From NCBI RefSeq assembly GCF_009914755.1, contig NC_060933.1: 64,000 nucleotides of DNA; one strand, 5' to 3'. Position 1 is the stretch's first letter; every line of letters begins with the position of its first letter. Positions 13,748 through 31,600 of the stretch are shown here, one piece after another. The notes below the pieces were generated by a model. It made no database searches. It was not told where the DNA came from and saw only the letters and a list, made by a program, of their open reading frames with translations. The stretch comes from the human T2T-CHM13v2.0 reference genome, Homo sapiens. Position numbers and translations under genes: made by a program.

Positions 13748-15688
13748 GAACTTGACAGCAAAACGAAAAGAGAGAATAGTAGTTAGGACAGAACAGAATC
13801 GCGTAAAGTTTTTTCCATATAGGTGAGCTCTGATAATGTTTGTAGGTAGAAAGAAAGAAACTTGTGAAGGAGAGACTAAACCTGTTTGATGGATTGGGTT
13901 GGGGGCCAGGTTAGAGATAGGATCAGGTGTATGTGTTGTTGAATTATTCCTAAAAAGGAAGAGAGACACTAGTAATTGCTAAATCATCAAATATTTGTAG
14001 AGGTAGAGGAGAAAGAATAAATTCAGATGGATTGAGGCAGATGAGAGAACATATGGGGATGTGTTTGATTTTCTTAGGAAAATGAAAGCAGAAGTGGGAG
14101 AGGGCGGGGGATAATTGGAAGCTTAGAATGTGGAAGGGATGTTTAAGTGCTGTGGGGAATACTTTGAGGCAGTGGTTACCAGTATTTTGAAGATGACAAC
14201 CTGTGTAACTTTGAAACAATTTGTGGACCACCCATGGTTGTAGTTATGATTTTAGTATTCAATTGAGAAAATGCATATTAGAAAGAAGCTACTACTCTTA
14301 CATGACTTTGTGTTTTATTAATCACAACATTGATATGTGAGAAATAGTGTTTATAATGCGTTGCTCTAGGTACCCATTAAGGTAACTAATTCTGCAGTTT
14401 CCCAGGAGGCTGAAGGCTCTTAAGTTGGAAATCATTGCACTTGAGTGAATCAACAGTAAGAGAATAAAGGATTGTTTAGAAGTAGTATTCAGTCAAAATT
14501 AAAATGATGTGAACTTGTAGTGAACTCACTTTGAAGGATTCCATAACTTTATCCAGTAATACTTGTCAGCTTGGAGCAAGATGACAGAAACAAAATGATC
14601 TTGGGTTAGGCGTAACACTATAGAAGGCCAAAATAAGCATTTAGCTTATTCTTTCTCTAAATTACCTTTTCCTGAGATCACACCTAGTTTCATTAATCAC
14701 TTCTGTATTTATGGTCATCAAATTGTCATCTCCTTAACCATTTTGTTGATTTCAAATTCTCTGTGTACATCTACAGAATATTTCCATTTGGGTATCTTAC
14801 TGTCTCACATTTGACATACTGAAAAGAAAGCTTGATAACTTGAAAAAAAAGCTTATTATCTTTCCTTTGAAACAACTCCCTGCTGCTTTCTGTTTGCACT
14901 AGAGAATCTACAGACATGCTAAAGTTGATGGCACAATGTGGATAGGTTGGGAAAAACATGAATTAGGTGCTGGATTTAGTGAAGAAATCGAACTGTGCCA
15001 TATTTGGCAAATGATGGTGATGAGAAAGTAGAGAGAACCTTGGATTTGTTTTCTGTTTTAGCCAAATAGAATTAAATTCTGAATTTTTGAAAATTAATTT
15101 ACTTGACTCTTATAAACTCTTACAAATACTCAAATATATATTCTCCATTTTATTTCCTTGATCCACTAATGCTGTAATCCTATTTCCAATTAATAAACAA
15201 CATATTTAGTACTGATGCCCATTTAAGTGTGGTGTTACTCTGTAATCACTATCCCTCTCATAAAACTATCTGGGGATAGATTGGTTCATATAATCTTTAG
15301 AGAGAAGATTTTTCTCATTTCTGTAAAAGTGTAGAGAAAATCTCAAGTACTTTAGAAATGCCTATTGTTAAACAGTATCCATAATTATTTTGTGTTCTGT
15401 TTCCTTGACCTCACTCAAGAAAAAAACAAAATATCTCCCAGAATTATGGCATACTGAAAACTGCAGTATGACATAAAAGAAAAGACTACAGGCTCCTTGA
15501 GGTTGGGTCTTTTCCATACTCATAAACCTGCTTATAATAATATTTAGAGTAATTTCTTGGCACATACATTACCTGCTTTCTCATCAATTGCTAAATCATC
15601 AAACATTTATTGAGCATCTCCTCTATGTAGGGTATAAGTAATGCTGAGGTAGTACTCGTGACTTACAGTGGTAAAAGACTTAAGTTTT

Positions 15689-15985
15689 AGGCCGAGAGCA
15701 GTGGCTCACGCCTGTAATCCCAACACTTTGAGAGGCCGAGGCGGGTGGATCACCTGAGGTCAGGAGTTCGAGACCAGCCTGGCCAACATGGCGAAACCCC
15801 ATCTCTACTAAAAATAAATAAATTAGCTGGGAGTGGTGGCAGGCACCTGTAATCCCAGCTACTTGGGAGGCTAAGGCAGGAGAATTGCTTGACCCAGGAG
15901 GTGGAGGTTGCAGTGAGCTGAGATTGCACCATTGCACTCCAGCCTGGGTGATGGAGTGAGACTGTCTCAAAAAAAAAAAAAAAAG
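15689..15985 (+). mobile_element. AluSx-like
   Basis: Full dimer; TSD-like taagtttta on both sides. Confidence 0.95.
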
Positions 15986-16064
15986 ATAAGTTTTAGCCTT
16001 GAATGACATAGTGTTTCACTAAAGAGACAGAATATAGGAAGCTAAGTAATTTACGGAATTCTCT

Positions 16065-16527
<463 letters not shown>

Positions 16528-16790
16528 AGAAATCTCTTAACCATGGGAGTTAAGTCTCAAAATTCTGGTGATACAAGTGGTTGAAACTTAAAACTTTGTT
16601 TAAAAAATAGGATTAGTGAATTTGAGATAATTCATAAGTCTGTGAAAGACAATAAATACATACATATTTTACATTTACTATTACTAAATTTGTAGTAAAT
16701 TTGAGTACAGCACTACCTCTTTATCTGTGAAAACTTCAGACTCTCCCCTATTACTTTAATTTCAGTGAGACATTATTATATTAAAAAAAT

Positions 16791-17402
<612 letters not shown>

Positions 17403-18339
17403 TGGGCGTACACATTTGTTTTGCTCTACTGACAGTTAATACCACAACTCAGAGGCATTTTTTTTTCCTTTCTATTCTTCTTCTAAATGTTCAACACTTT
17501 TCTGATTTTGTGATTTGAGGTTGTTGATTAGCTTCCTGAGGCTCCATTGAGACTGTATATACGTGACACTTAACAGTCTAGCCTTCCTCGGTGCATATAG
17601 ATATATGATGGTGGTTTTGCCTGTAGTAAATTCATGTCAAAACATAGGCTTTCAGTGCCTATTACATATGACTTTCAGCTCTCTCTACTGAGGGATGTAG
17701 GAGTTTATTTCTAAGGTCTGAGCCTCTTTTCCTTTACTTCCTTTATTCTTTCCTAAGCCTTCTTTATAAAAACTATGCATGTTCTATCGTTTGTTTTCCT
17801 TCTTGATTCCCGCCCCTTCCTTTTTTTTTAATTATCCCCAGCAGGAGTGACTTGTAATTCTCATATATTAGAAAGGCAGATCTCCTGGTGGAAGAAAAGA
17901 TGCACCGAAGGAAGTCAGCATATTTAGTAATTTGTGAGGGGGATCTCAAGTTTGGAAAGGATTGTTATGTAAGACAACCAAATGATGACATGTGACAATA
18001 AAGCCATAATAGCTACTTATTTTCCTGGTTAGGGAAGGGATATTACTAGTTCTAGGAGTAACTGCTAGCTCTTTCTTGTACTTTTTTTATTGTGGAAATA
18101 TAAAAATATACAAAAATAAAATGTTATAATTGACTTCAGTGTCCCATAAACCAGCTTCAACAGTTACCAATTTATGTCTAATCTTTCCTATCTATAGCTC
18201 TGTGCCCCTCTGTTATTTTGAAGCTCATCAGACATCAAGTCATTCATATATGTATGTATGTGTATGTGTGTGTATACACATCATGTGTGCACATGTGTGT
18301 ATGCATGTATACACATTTGTATACAAGTGTGCACTCATG

Positions 18340-19100
<761 letters not shown>

Positions 19101-19104
19101 ATAT

Positions 19105-19753
<649 letters not shown>

Positions 19754-20366
19754 CTGAAACGTACTATATATATATATGTATATATTTAATCATATTACCA
19801 TAGGTAAACAAATTCCCGGTAATTCTTTCATCATCACATACCCAGCTAGTGTTCAGATTTCCTACACTGGCTCCTAATTTTTTTTTCTTACAGATTATTT
19901 GAATTCGATCCAATCCAGGTATTGTAATTGGCTGTTAAACTTAAGTATCCTTTAATGTATAGGTTCCCCTTAATCTCTTCCTTTTTTTAATTTCTTGTAA
20001 TTTGTTGTAATACCTAGATTCTTTGTCTTCTAGAATTTCCAATGGTCTGAATTTTATAGTATTGCTTAACATGTTCTACTGTCCTCTGTCTTTCCTGTGA
20101 ATTGGTAGTTAGATCTAGAAGCTTGATTAAATTCAGATTTTCTCTCTGTTGTTACATCATCAGTTTGACACACAGGTTCATTTGTTTCACTTTGCTTTTG
20201 ATATGTTATTTTTTGGAATTATCTTTTAAAAATTTGGTTTTCTTTTATAATCATGTAAAATGTGTATAAGGTTCCAGATTCAAATCAGCAAAACATGATA
20301 AAATCTATCCAGAGAAGGCAAACCTTCTGTCCAGTCGCCATCCTGTTCCTGCCCTTCCCCTTATGA

Positions 20367-20758
<392 letters not shown>

Positions 20759-22125
20759 CTCTTTCTTAATAAATAGTGGCATACTATCTACTCTTTTCTC
20801 TAACCTTATTTTTTTCTCTTAGCCGTATATCCTGGCGATCAATCCATAGTCCTATGTAAAGATATTTAATATTTCTTATTTCTAGGACTATGAACTATTT
20901 TTGTATCTTCTACACTAATCTGAGCTGGGCACATTAGGCATGTAATAAATACTTTTTGAAAGTGAATGAATAGTAATTTAAAATAGTTGATGACTAATGC
21001 ACTTGTTACAGTCTTAAAATATATTTTAAACAAATAAATAATTGTCTAATTCCACTTTCAGAAGAAATAAGAAGTTCTTATTCCTGTTTGTAATTTTTTT
21101 TATCATTTGGTAATTTTGAAATATTTAGGTTTAGCAAAAAATTAATAGGCTCAGGTTTTAAAAAGAAAAATGCCTTCTGCAAAAGGAACAATATGGTATT
21201 TTTAAGAGTTGAAGAAACCATATTAGTTCCTGGTTTATGACTGTTATGGTATAGAATTTTGTGTCAATGTAGAGCTCCTTCAGTATGTGTAATTTGGCAC
21301 ACAACCCCTTTAGTTCGTCAGCATTTGGCACATCGGGGATACCTAACAAATTGTAGGTAAATTTGTTTATTTATTTATTTTTTCCCTTAGGTAAATTTAT
21401 TTGCAGTTCTGCCTTTGTGTATAGAGTAGAGCTCTTTACATAGTATTATTTAAAGTGAAATAATTGCTTGACTAAGGTAAATGGCTTTTGAAACTGAAGT
21501 AAAATTATGGCTTCAACACTTATGGCAGAAAGTGTTTTAACTATTTTGTGTTAAATCCCTTTTTCTCCCAAAACTATACACACAGAAGTTTTGGATATAA
21601 TTTCAAAGGATGAAGAACTCATCTAGAGGCCATTGTTGAATTCCTGGCATTCATTAGGCACTCAACCAAGACTGGATATCTAATTAAAATTTGAATAGAG
21701 TGGGTTACCTATTTGAATTTTAGGTTTTCTAGTAAATCATTTTGTTTGATCTAGGTCTTTACATATGTGTTTTTTTGTTTGTTTTTCTTTTCCTGTGTGG
21801 ATTAGTTTCTACCTTGCCTGGCTGATATATCTACTTATCTCTCAGTTCTTAGTTTGAAAGGTCACTTCTGAATGAGGTGTAATGGTCATAGGTTCTCAAT
21901 TAGTGGTTGTTATTGGGTCTGTTACAGCTGTGCAGTTGGCCAACTTTGACTTTGGGTAACTTAATTTCTTTATTGGTAAAAAATACTTTTTATTTTATTA
22001 AAGTCATAAAGAAAAATGAGATATTGGGTAGGCTTAATGTCACAGGAAAATATTTTGATAAAAGTCTTCATAGTTACACGATAGGTTCATGATGATTGTG
22101 GCAAACATGAGCTTATAGCTTCCAC

Positions 22126-22658
22126 TTTTTTGTTGTTGTTTGTTGTTGTTGTTGTTTTTCAGACAGGGTGTCTCTCTCCCACCCCACCCCTGCCCCACCT
22201 GCAATCTCTCTCTCTCTGTCTTGCTCTCACCCAGGCAGGAGTACAGTATTGCAGTCATGGCTCACTGTAGCCTTGACCTCCCGGGCTGAAGTGATCCTCC
22301 TACCTCAACCTCCCAGGTAGCTGAGACTGCAGATGTGGGCCACCATGCCCTGCTAATTTTTTGTATGGAGTTAGATGGAGTTTCACCATTTTGCCCATGT
22401 TCACCATGTTGCTCATGTTGCTGGTCTTGAACTCTTGGCTCAAGCGAGCTGCCCACCTCAGCCTCCCAAAGTGCTGGGATTTACAGGTGTGAGTCACCGC
22501 CCTGGCCCCACTTGATTTTTTTGTTTTGTGTTGTTTTGTTTTGTAGAGACAGTGTCTCACCATGTTGCCTACCCTTGTCTTGAACTCCTGAGCTCAAGCT
22601 CCCACCTTGGCCTCCCAAAGTGTTGTGCTTACAGGCATGAGCCACCGAGCCTGGCCCC
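22126..22658 (-). mobile_element. AluJ (22126-22508, with internal insertions) + FLAM-like monomer (22515-22658)
   Basis: Reverse Alu arms; (GTT)n tail. Confidence 0.85.
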
Positions 22659-25600
22659 AAGTTGCTTTTGAACAACATGTCTCTAGTATGGTGCTATCCT
22701 TAAAGAAATTTAATTTGGTGACATTTTATGATCTGCTAGTTTATGACATTGAACTTAATTCTGAAATCTTAAAATCTTTCCAAATATTATTTACTGGGTG
22801 CTGACAACGTACAAGCCACTGTACCATTAAGGTATTGGGATTCAAAAATTGCCATGTACTTTTTGCCTTTAGAAATCCTAAAATGCATGACAGTATGGAA
22901 AGTTCACTGTAAAACCAGAGTTAAATGCATTTCTACAAATATATGAGATGCTCCAGCAGAATACGTAATCATTCCAGGTGAATGCAGTAGATTTTTTAAA
23001 AAGATTAAAAAGTAGATAGGCAAAGTACAAGACTGAATTGAAAAGGAACCCTTTGAATTTGAGTTTCGAAAAATGGGTAGGACTTGAAGTTCAGGTTAAA
23101 TGCAGCTAAAAATAGAAGGTGAAGCCCTTAGTAGAAACTGAAGACTGTATGTGCCATTCATGTTTATATGTGGCTGGATGTGATGAAATGTTTTAATAGT
23201 ATATCTTTTTAGAAGCCACCTCTGCCTAAACAAGAAAGGATTATTTATGTTTTGTATATGTTCAGAATACTGTTGGAAGATTTCTTAGTCATAATTTTAT
23301 TTCATTGCTTTCTCCCTGTTTTTTGCGTACATACCTCCTTTTTTCTTTTAAAATTAATTGGACCAGAGGTTAGTCAAAGGACCTGACCAGCTGTTTAACG
23401 TGTATTTTGTGCAGGGCTGTTCAAAGTAGAGCAGGTCTTAAGGTACAACTTTCACTCCTCATAGTTATGTTCTTCCTTATAATCTTTTAACATAGGAAAG
23501 GATCATTATTTTGTTAGTTTGGAAACAATACATTAAACTTTGCCTTCAGTAACTTCTCAGATCATTAAGGTGGTGTTTTTTCCCCTCCTTTGGCATTCAT
23601 CGTCTTAATGTCAGTAGTTTCTTGAGACATTTTATACCCTAACAGGTCATAAGAGTGTATTGCCATGTGACATACTTCTCATTAATGTATAGTTTAATTT
23701 CTGCCTTATAACTGAAGAATGGCCACATGCTAGAATTCCAGTCACCAGGAGCATCAAGGAGCTCCCTCTCTGATGTTTTCAGCTTTTGTAAGCCTGTACT
23801 GCACAGTTCCTAAAGCTGCTTTTGAACTGTGTCTTTAGTTGTAGCATGTCACCTTACACTTAACTATTGTTAGGGCATCTTTTTATTTAATTTCTAATTA
23901 GCATAATGACTTGAGCTGTGTTATTCACTGTTCCATGGTGAAGTTGTCATAGGGAGAGAAGAAATAAAAATGTTCAGTTTCAGCTTTACTTGTGAATGGA
24001 GCGAGGTTTGAAGAAAGCTTTTTATGGCCATTGTTCAGCAGAATGAAAATCTCATTAGAAACCCCAGAAATCCCATGCAGCTTTGGGTTGGATTTTAATA
24101 ACATTTTGGAATGTTGATATTGTATATCACTAATTTCTGTGATTTCACTGTAGATCAGCAACATAGGGAGGCAGTCTTCCAAAGTTAATTTATGACTTTT
24201 AATCTAAATTCATTTACAGTTTTCTTTTCAACAATGTTAAGTACCCAGGGAGAGAATTAAATTTTACTTTAAAAAAATACATTTCTTCTAGTAACTGATT
24301 TGATCTTCATGTAAGATATACTAAATTCATTGGAAACTGCTTAAACAGAAATACCATGATATGTATTTATTGAACTAATGACTTAGTTTAGTTGCCATTA
24401 AAATGTTACTCACCTTATCTACAGGTTTGTATTTTTTTTTTTTTTTTTTAGAATGGAAAAGCATAAAATTAGATGGGCAACATTTTCTTCCTTGTCAGAA
24501 GAGCTTGAATCCTGATGTCTTTTTAAGTGAAGAGTGTTTATATATAATTTTCTTGTAGCTTTTGTTTATTATAAAAATAATTATTGCATATAGTGATCAC
24601 TTATCTAAGAAGATAAGTATGATTTATATAGACAGTATATTTTTATGGTCAGAAAGTAAATTTGATGTGAGCTACATATGATTAGACAGTAAAACTTTTT
24701 TCCAAAGAAATATAGAATGGAGAACATTTAATCATTATTTCCCCTTCTTAGAGTAGAGGCTGTTCAGATAATTCATATTCTGTAAGTAGGAGATCCTGTT
24801 TTTAAGACTTTACTAAATTTAATTTCAAAGTAATAATCTCTTATAAATGCTTCCTTGGTGGTTAAGACTTATTAATGAAGCAAAAGTATGGACTTCATGG
24901 AAGTTTTCAGCCTAACGTTTTAAATCTCTTCATTATTATTTATCTTTGTTTTGTTATAAATTAAAGATACTGGCATGGTTAACTTTTGGCATTTTGAGTT
25001 ACTTGCCAGATATTTGTTGATTGTGCAAATAGTTAAGAAATAAATATTTTAATTGGGCATCCACCATGTATTATGTCACATTTTCTTTTTAAATCATATG
25101 CTTAAGAATACTTAAAGGAGTATGACTTGCTTTTTAGTTTGAATCTTGATCTAACAGCATTGGTTCTGGATGGAGATGTAATTCTAGAGATAAAAATTAT
25201 TTCTGTTGTATAGATTTGGATTCTAAATGTAATAATTATTTTAAAGTGGATCTTGTCTGCTAAATGTATAGCTTTTATTTCTATAACAAATTCTTACCTT
25301 AGAATTCCAACTTTTGTCAGTTTTGAAAATTAGTTTATTGTGGACTTGAGAGCATCTGTTCTTAATCTCGTGTTTTGCAAACACGTTTTAAGGGAAGACA
25401 GCATAAATCTGTGATAGTGAAAATCATTTGTACTTCCCCTCCCTCGCTTTTGCTTAAATATACAATTAACTTATAACCACCTCAGTGTGAAAGAATGGAT
25501 GTTAAGTAGCTTAAGAGGTATTTATTAAGGGAAAATATTTTTATTGGCAGTTCCCTTAAGTCATATTTGTTTTGTAACTAAATAGTGCTTGCAACAGAAT

Positions 25601-28600
25601 TATCTATCATAGGGAGGGAAAGCTCCAACTCTTGAAAACTTTTCAATACTTTTTCTATATTGGTAGTTAATGAGAATTCTTAAGATAGGAAATAGACTGG
25701 TTATGACTGGTAATATGATATTGCTAATGTAATACAAATTATGCTTTAAAAAAGCCAGGTGAGGAATTCAGGATTTGGAAGAATATGACATACATATACA
25801 TTTAACTAAAGAAAGGAGATTTTCTTTAAAGAGAAGATGTGCAACCACAATCAATCCTGTAAGTTAGTCCTTAATCCTGTACTAGCCAGTTTTTAGTATT
25901 AAATGGTCTGATTTAACACAAATGAACTTTTGTCAATGGTTTTATTTAGAAATAGCATTACTTCCTACTTTTAAGGAGGATTTTAATAGCTAATAAAAAT
26001 TCGTTGTTCTGATAAGAACTTGAAAGACATCCTTACTCCCATATAATTGAGTATTTTGCTCTTCATTCAACACCTCAGCCCTTTTGGTTTGCTTAAAAAA
26101 TGATACAAATTTTGTGGGAGAATAAATATAACTTAAATATTGCTGTAAATGTGTTGTATAATCATATTTTAGCCTGGTATTATTGGTTCTTCTGTGTATG
26201 AAATACTTTTAAACATTCAAAATATTCAATTTAAAAGTTTCTGGATAGGTGAGTGGTAGAGATCCATCAGGTACTTACTTGGTTGTGGAATATTTGTGTT
26301 CTTGATGCCATGACATTTTAAAGTTGTATTAATCCCTTTATTTTTCTGTTTGAGATGATTCAGTTTGGGAGGTTTTATTATCAGATCTAACAGAAGAAAC
26401 GTAAGTGTTGTACCACAGGTCATCTAATTTTCAAACCATGTTGGTTAGTTAAACTGACTTTGGTGTATAATTATGTACCCGGTAGTCAGAGGAGTTCAAG
26501 TCGATTGCAATTCAACTCTGTGATTGTGCCACCAGTTAGGTTAACATCAGCAGTGAAGGGCCTTCATTGTGTTAAATTTTTAAATTCCGTTAAGATTATT
26601 TAAACATAGAAGGAGATAGGTTTGTGAAGCAAATTTCTAAAGCAGTATTAAGCAAAGAGAATCTTTTCTTCCTCTTCTTTTAGATATATCACATACATGT
26701 GTATTTTGATTAAAAGGAAAAAAATTTAATGCTTATAGTATAATGCGCATACTTATTTCTTATTTTTAGAATTTATTAAAACTAATAAAATTTGTTTGGA
26801 AATCTCAAAAGATCTTTAGTAGTATACCTGCAACCTCAGCAGTCCCTTTTTATCCATACAGATTCTCTGCCTATTGTGGCCGTTTGCTCTAATTTAAATT
26901 TCCCATGGCTTTCGGTTGCAGACTTGGTTTTCTGCAAGAGTGCCCATGCTTACATGGTCATATATTCTTGGTGACTTTTCCACTTTTTCTTTTCTGTTAT
27001 TTTGTTGATTGCTAAAGAAAAAGGGGAATTTTTTTTTTTAAATTTGTTTCTTTGTTTTGATCTTTCTTCCTTAGCCCATCTATTTGTGTGTTCTTTGTTT
27101 TGCAGATTGGAAAGAATTATTGTGTGGTACTTAGATCCATGGGGACTAGCAGGGGAAAACTAATTTTGTTCTTGGTTTTGTTTTCTTAATAACAGAAGCA
27201 ATTTAATTTTTGAGCCATTGAGAAGCTGAAAAGATATGTTAGCGTTATGCATGAAATTGATGGGAAATTATTAATCCTGAAAATTTGTATTCATGGTCAC
27301 TTTACTGTTGGAATAAAAATGTTATTTTATAGTGTAACCAAGTTAATACTAGAAATACTAATTAACAGTAAGTGGTACTGTTATAAATCTTTAATTTAAA
27401 TATTATTGTATATTAAGTAGTTGTTTACAAGAAATCTGTTGTAATCTGATAATGTGATTTCTCTTACATTCAATTTTGTGGTCCACAGTGTGTATATATT
27501 CAAATAAGCATATGAACATGCCTTTGACGGTGGACACATTTTTACTTTGACCAGATCTTAAGAGTTTGCTTTTTCTTGGCAAAACTTGCATACTTTCAAA
27601 TGTGAGGAATTTTGTTTTATAACATAACTTTGTACTGCTGAATTTAAGTCCTTGAAGTGCTATGGCAATTTAGTTATTGTTAGAAGTCAAAAGTAGAGGT
27701 CTCTGTTCCCAACATCTCCCCAAAATATTTTTTCATTAATATTCACAGGCTTTAAAATATCAAATTATTGTGATCAAAGCTACTTCTGTTTTACAGTTGT
27801 TTTGTGAGGCTGGTGTCATACAGTAACATTTAACTGAATTTTGTATTTGCTAAATTAACATAAAATAATAAAGAGATCCTTTTTACCATTTAAAAAATTC
27901 TAATAATTTCCTAATCAGGAAAACTGATGTTATGATATACTGTTAATAGGCTAAAAAAAACCTTGTAATGTTGATACATAGGGAAAAGAGTAATTTTGAT
28001 AATTAATAATTTTAGATTTTTTTCCTTTGATTGTACCTCATGGTTGTGAGGTGTCTAAAATGCTCTTTCTGCATATCTGTTAAGGACTTTGGGAATTGGG
28101 GTAAGGGCAAGCCTTCTTTCTGTGTCTGTTAATTACAGGTTTTTTCTTGTGGATGTAGTGCTCTTAGAATATGAAACTGATTTATAGAATTTGTAATTAC
28201 CAAGAAATAAATAGCATCATTGAATTTTGTTTTCTTTATTTTTGCTATTATTTTCTAGTTACTGTGCTTCACATTTTGATTTCTATCAAATGACTTCTCA
28301 AAAAGCAATTTCTTTTAAATCAGTGAGTTTCAAACTAAGAAGAAAATGTATCCTGATAGTCTAATTAGCTGTTGTTTGTCCATGCCAATTAAAATAATCT
28401 TTTGAATTTCTAGTCTTTGATTATAGTTATATAGGCTTCATGAGTTTGTAAAACTATTCCTCCTTTTAAAGTATTTTAAAAGGTGTATTGTAATTTTATA
28501 ATTGATATTCATATGTAATTATTGAGAAACTTGAATAACCTAAAATATATTTCTAGTATTCAGCACATCAAATCAAGGTATAACCTGTGATATAAAAGTG

Positions 28601-31600
28601 GTCCAACAGAAGTATACAGCTTTAAAAATAACAAGGAATTAATTCTGTTAGCATGTTTTACTAGCAAATGTTCGTGGAAAATGTTATTAATTCTTAAAGC
28701 TCAGTGCCTGGGTTTTATTGTGTGTGGCCTTACTAGGAGAACACTGTAGAGCCGAACTTGAAATTTATTAAGGAAAGAAGAAACTGGTGAAGTGCTTTTA
28801 TGCTGTTAAAAAAACTTCACAGACAATTGTCAGACAATTTTTTTTTTAAAGGTCATGATTGCTTGATGCCTTTTCCAGTCTTTATTTGAAACTCTCGTTT
28901 TGTAGGATTTCTTTTTTGTTCTTCCTCTTCCTTTTTTCTTTTGGCAGTGGGTGGAAGATTCTTTTAAAACTGAATGGCTAAACCTGTATGGTAACTATTG
29001 AAGTATGATCGAAATACTTTTATTCATGATTTTTTTAGGCCAAAAAATGCTATGAAGGTAAGCCAATGATGGTAAAATTACATTGTGTTGCGTGGAAACT
29101 GTTTTAGCTTTAGCGTTTTCTGTTCAGAAAAGTAGGCTCTGCATTAGAGTTTTAAATTGGGATTTGTTTGTGAAATATTTTGTAATTCTCATATTGCTGA
29201 TTGCCTTTATGTCTCGGTGTTCTAGTAGATAGTTCGTAGTTCCTGAAAAATAATATTCTGTGTATGAAAGAAAATAGGAGGTGAGAACAGAATGAGAATT
29301 GGGAAAGAAAACCCCCTACCCAAAATGCCGCCACCTAACAGGTGGAAATATCTATGCCATTACAGATTTTCAAAACGTAGAGTGCTTGAACTCTTTTTTT
29401 CTAAGAGATTACTTCAAATTTGACAGATTTCACAAAATTTTGTTATGATAAATATTAAAATTTTAACTCTTATTTTTATCCTAAATTTAAGCCCTTACAA
29501 ATTAAGAAAAGAGTGCCTCGAGGCTGATTGCTAATGTTCAATTAAGTTATGTGTTCAGTGAAGTAATTTTTTGATTATGATATTTTGATTTTATTAATAT
29601 GTAAACTAAAAATTATAAAAGGATTATGAGTACAGAAATTAAATTATGTGAAATTAATTTTGATATTTTGCGGCAGACAGTTTAGAATTAAAATATCCTT
29701 GGTGTGTAATAATTTTATTTCTTGTAAGGACATCTGTTGGCTTTCAGTATTCAGAAAATTTAGACTTTTTAATTTTAAATGTTGACGTAAATTAACTGGA
29801 GCCATACTTTAAATTGAAAGAACTTAAGGGAAATACATAAAATATGCTAGTGATTGGCTTACTTACATTTTCAGTGATTAGACTTTGTGAAATAAGAGTA
29901 AGGCCTAGCATTTTATTTTATTTAAGAAAATATACTTAATTTAAAAGTACTAATACAAGAATGAGAGAAATCTGGTCAAGTATAGTAAATCCATATCCAT
30001 AATTATTTTCAATCACTAGTTACAGAGGAAGGTGTGAATGCTAATATCTTCTTTGTTGAAAATCATAAGTTGTATTTTGAAAAGGGATGAAAGGGAACAA
30101 GTAACTGCTTTCAGGCAGATTTATATCATCCTAACATCATATGTTATTTGTGGGTTCATGTCACAAAAGCTTGCAAAACTTCACAAAATAATTTAATGTA
30201 TTTTAATTTAGTAAGCTTGCTGAAAACTCTTTTGTGATAAATCTAGAAAAATTTATACATGATATTTTTCTTTTTTAAAGTTTAGTGATCCATCTTGGTA
30301 CTTTGTCTCAATTTCAGTCTTGTTGATTTAGATAATATTCTTATTGTTTTATAAATTTCCTTTCAGGAATGTGTTACTGCCTTGATACGTTCTCACCTTT
30401 CCAGTTATATATGATCCATCTATGACATTCTATCATCCAGGTGTTACTATTTTATTGTTCTTTCTTGTACTTTTGTTGTAAGGTACAGACTTCAAGTCTA
30501 AAGTAAGAGCTAGTGTATATTACAGTGTATATGACCATTTCTAATTTGACCTGTTACTGTAAAGAAGGCTAACAAGTGTGTATGCCTAGCCCACCCCTTC
30601 TGGAGCAGTTGAAAACAGGCCTCAGAAGACTCAAAGGAATTCTTTTAACTCCTAGCAGGGCCACGGGGTCAATGTCAGATTTAGTCATGCTGTTATTTTA
30701 GCCCAGTGGTCCAGAGAGATGACTGAAAAGTGAGTCTTTCATTTCTTTTTTTGTGTGGTTATTAACAGGATTAAATGTAAGCCATTGTGTACTTAGTACC
30801 AATTAGTTTCTCATCTGAGAGGTTCATTATGATTTTTTGTCAGCCTTCGTCTTGTAATATTTGTTTCTTTGTTTGATTAGTTAAGGGGCTGAATGGGCTA
30901 AAGGGAAGTTTTAACAGCAGTACTTTTAAATTCATTAAGAATTTTAATAGTCAACTTTTCAAATATGTAGACCTTGATTAAAAAAGGGACCATGTTGAAA
31001 ATTGGCAAAATTAAGTAAATTGTTTAAAATTTTCCTTTTCCTGTTGTATTTTTTTAATCTGAAAAACAGACTGTCTTTATTATATCAAATAATACTTTTA
31101 TGTTTCTAGAAGTCTACTTCAGATTCTTGTACATACTTCTTAAGATTGTATTTAGTTTGCTGTGAATATGTAATTATCGTTCAGAAGGGGCACATACCAA
31201 AAAGCTCCAAAATTAAAAAACCTTTTCAGTTTCTAGGATAGAAACATAGATTGAGCTATTAAAAGCAGAACATTAGAGTTCTGGGATAAAGATAGTTGTC
31301 AGGTGTAAACAAGCCTTAATTGAAAAGGAGGCAGCCTAAAAGTTGATTCTTTATGCTATTATAAATAAGTAAAAATGCAAACTTGCTTGAGTTCAGAAAA
31401 TAGGAGCATACCCAACTTTTAAAACTACTTATTAGATTGGTAGTTGCTTTAGATCCTTAACTTAAAAAAATTCTTATTAAAATCAGTGTTCAATTGAGTA
31501 ATATTCCTCGTTTAATAGATTGAGATGCCTCAGTTAAATTTTGAACAAAAATTGTTCCTATAAATTGAATTGGAGATGCTGATCTGTTAAAAGCAAGGAA

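Noticed and set aside
27106-27170. Strong acceptor (ttctttgttttgcag) as a cryptic exon
   Set aside because: No convincing donor within exon-sized distance
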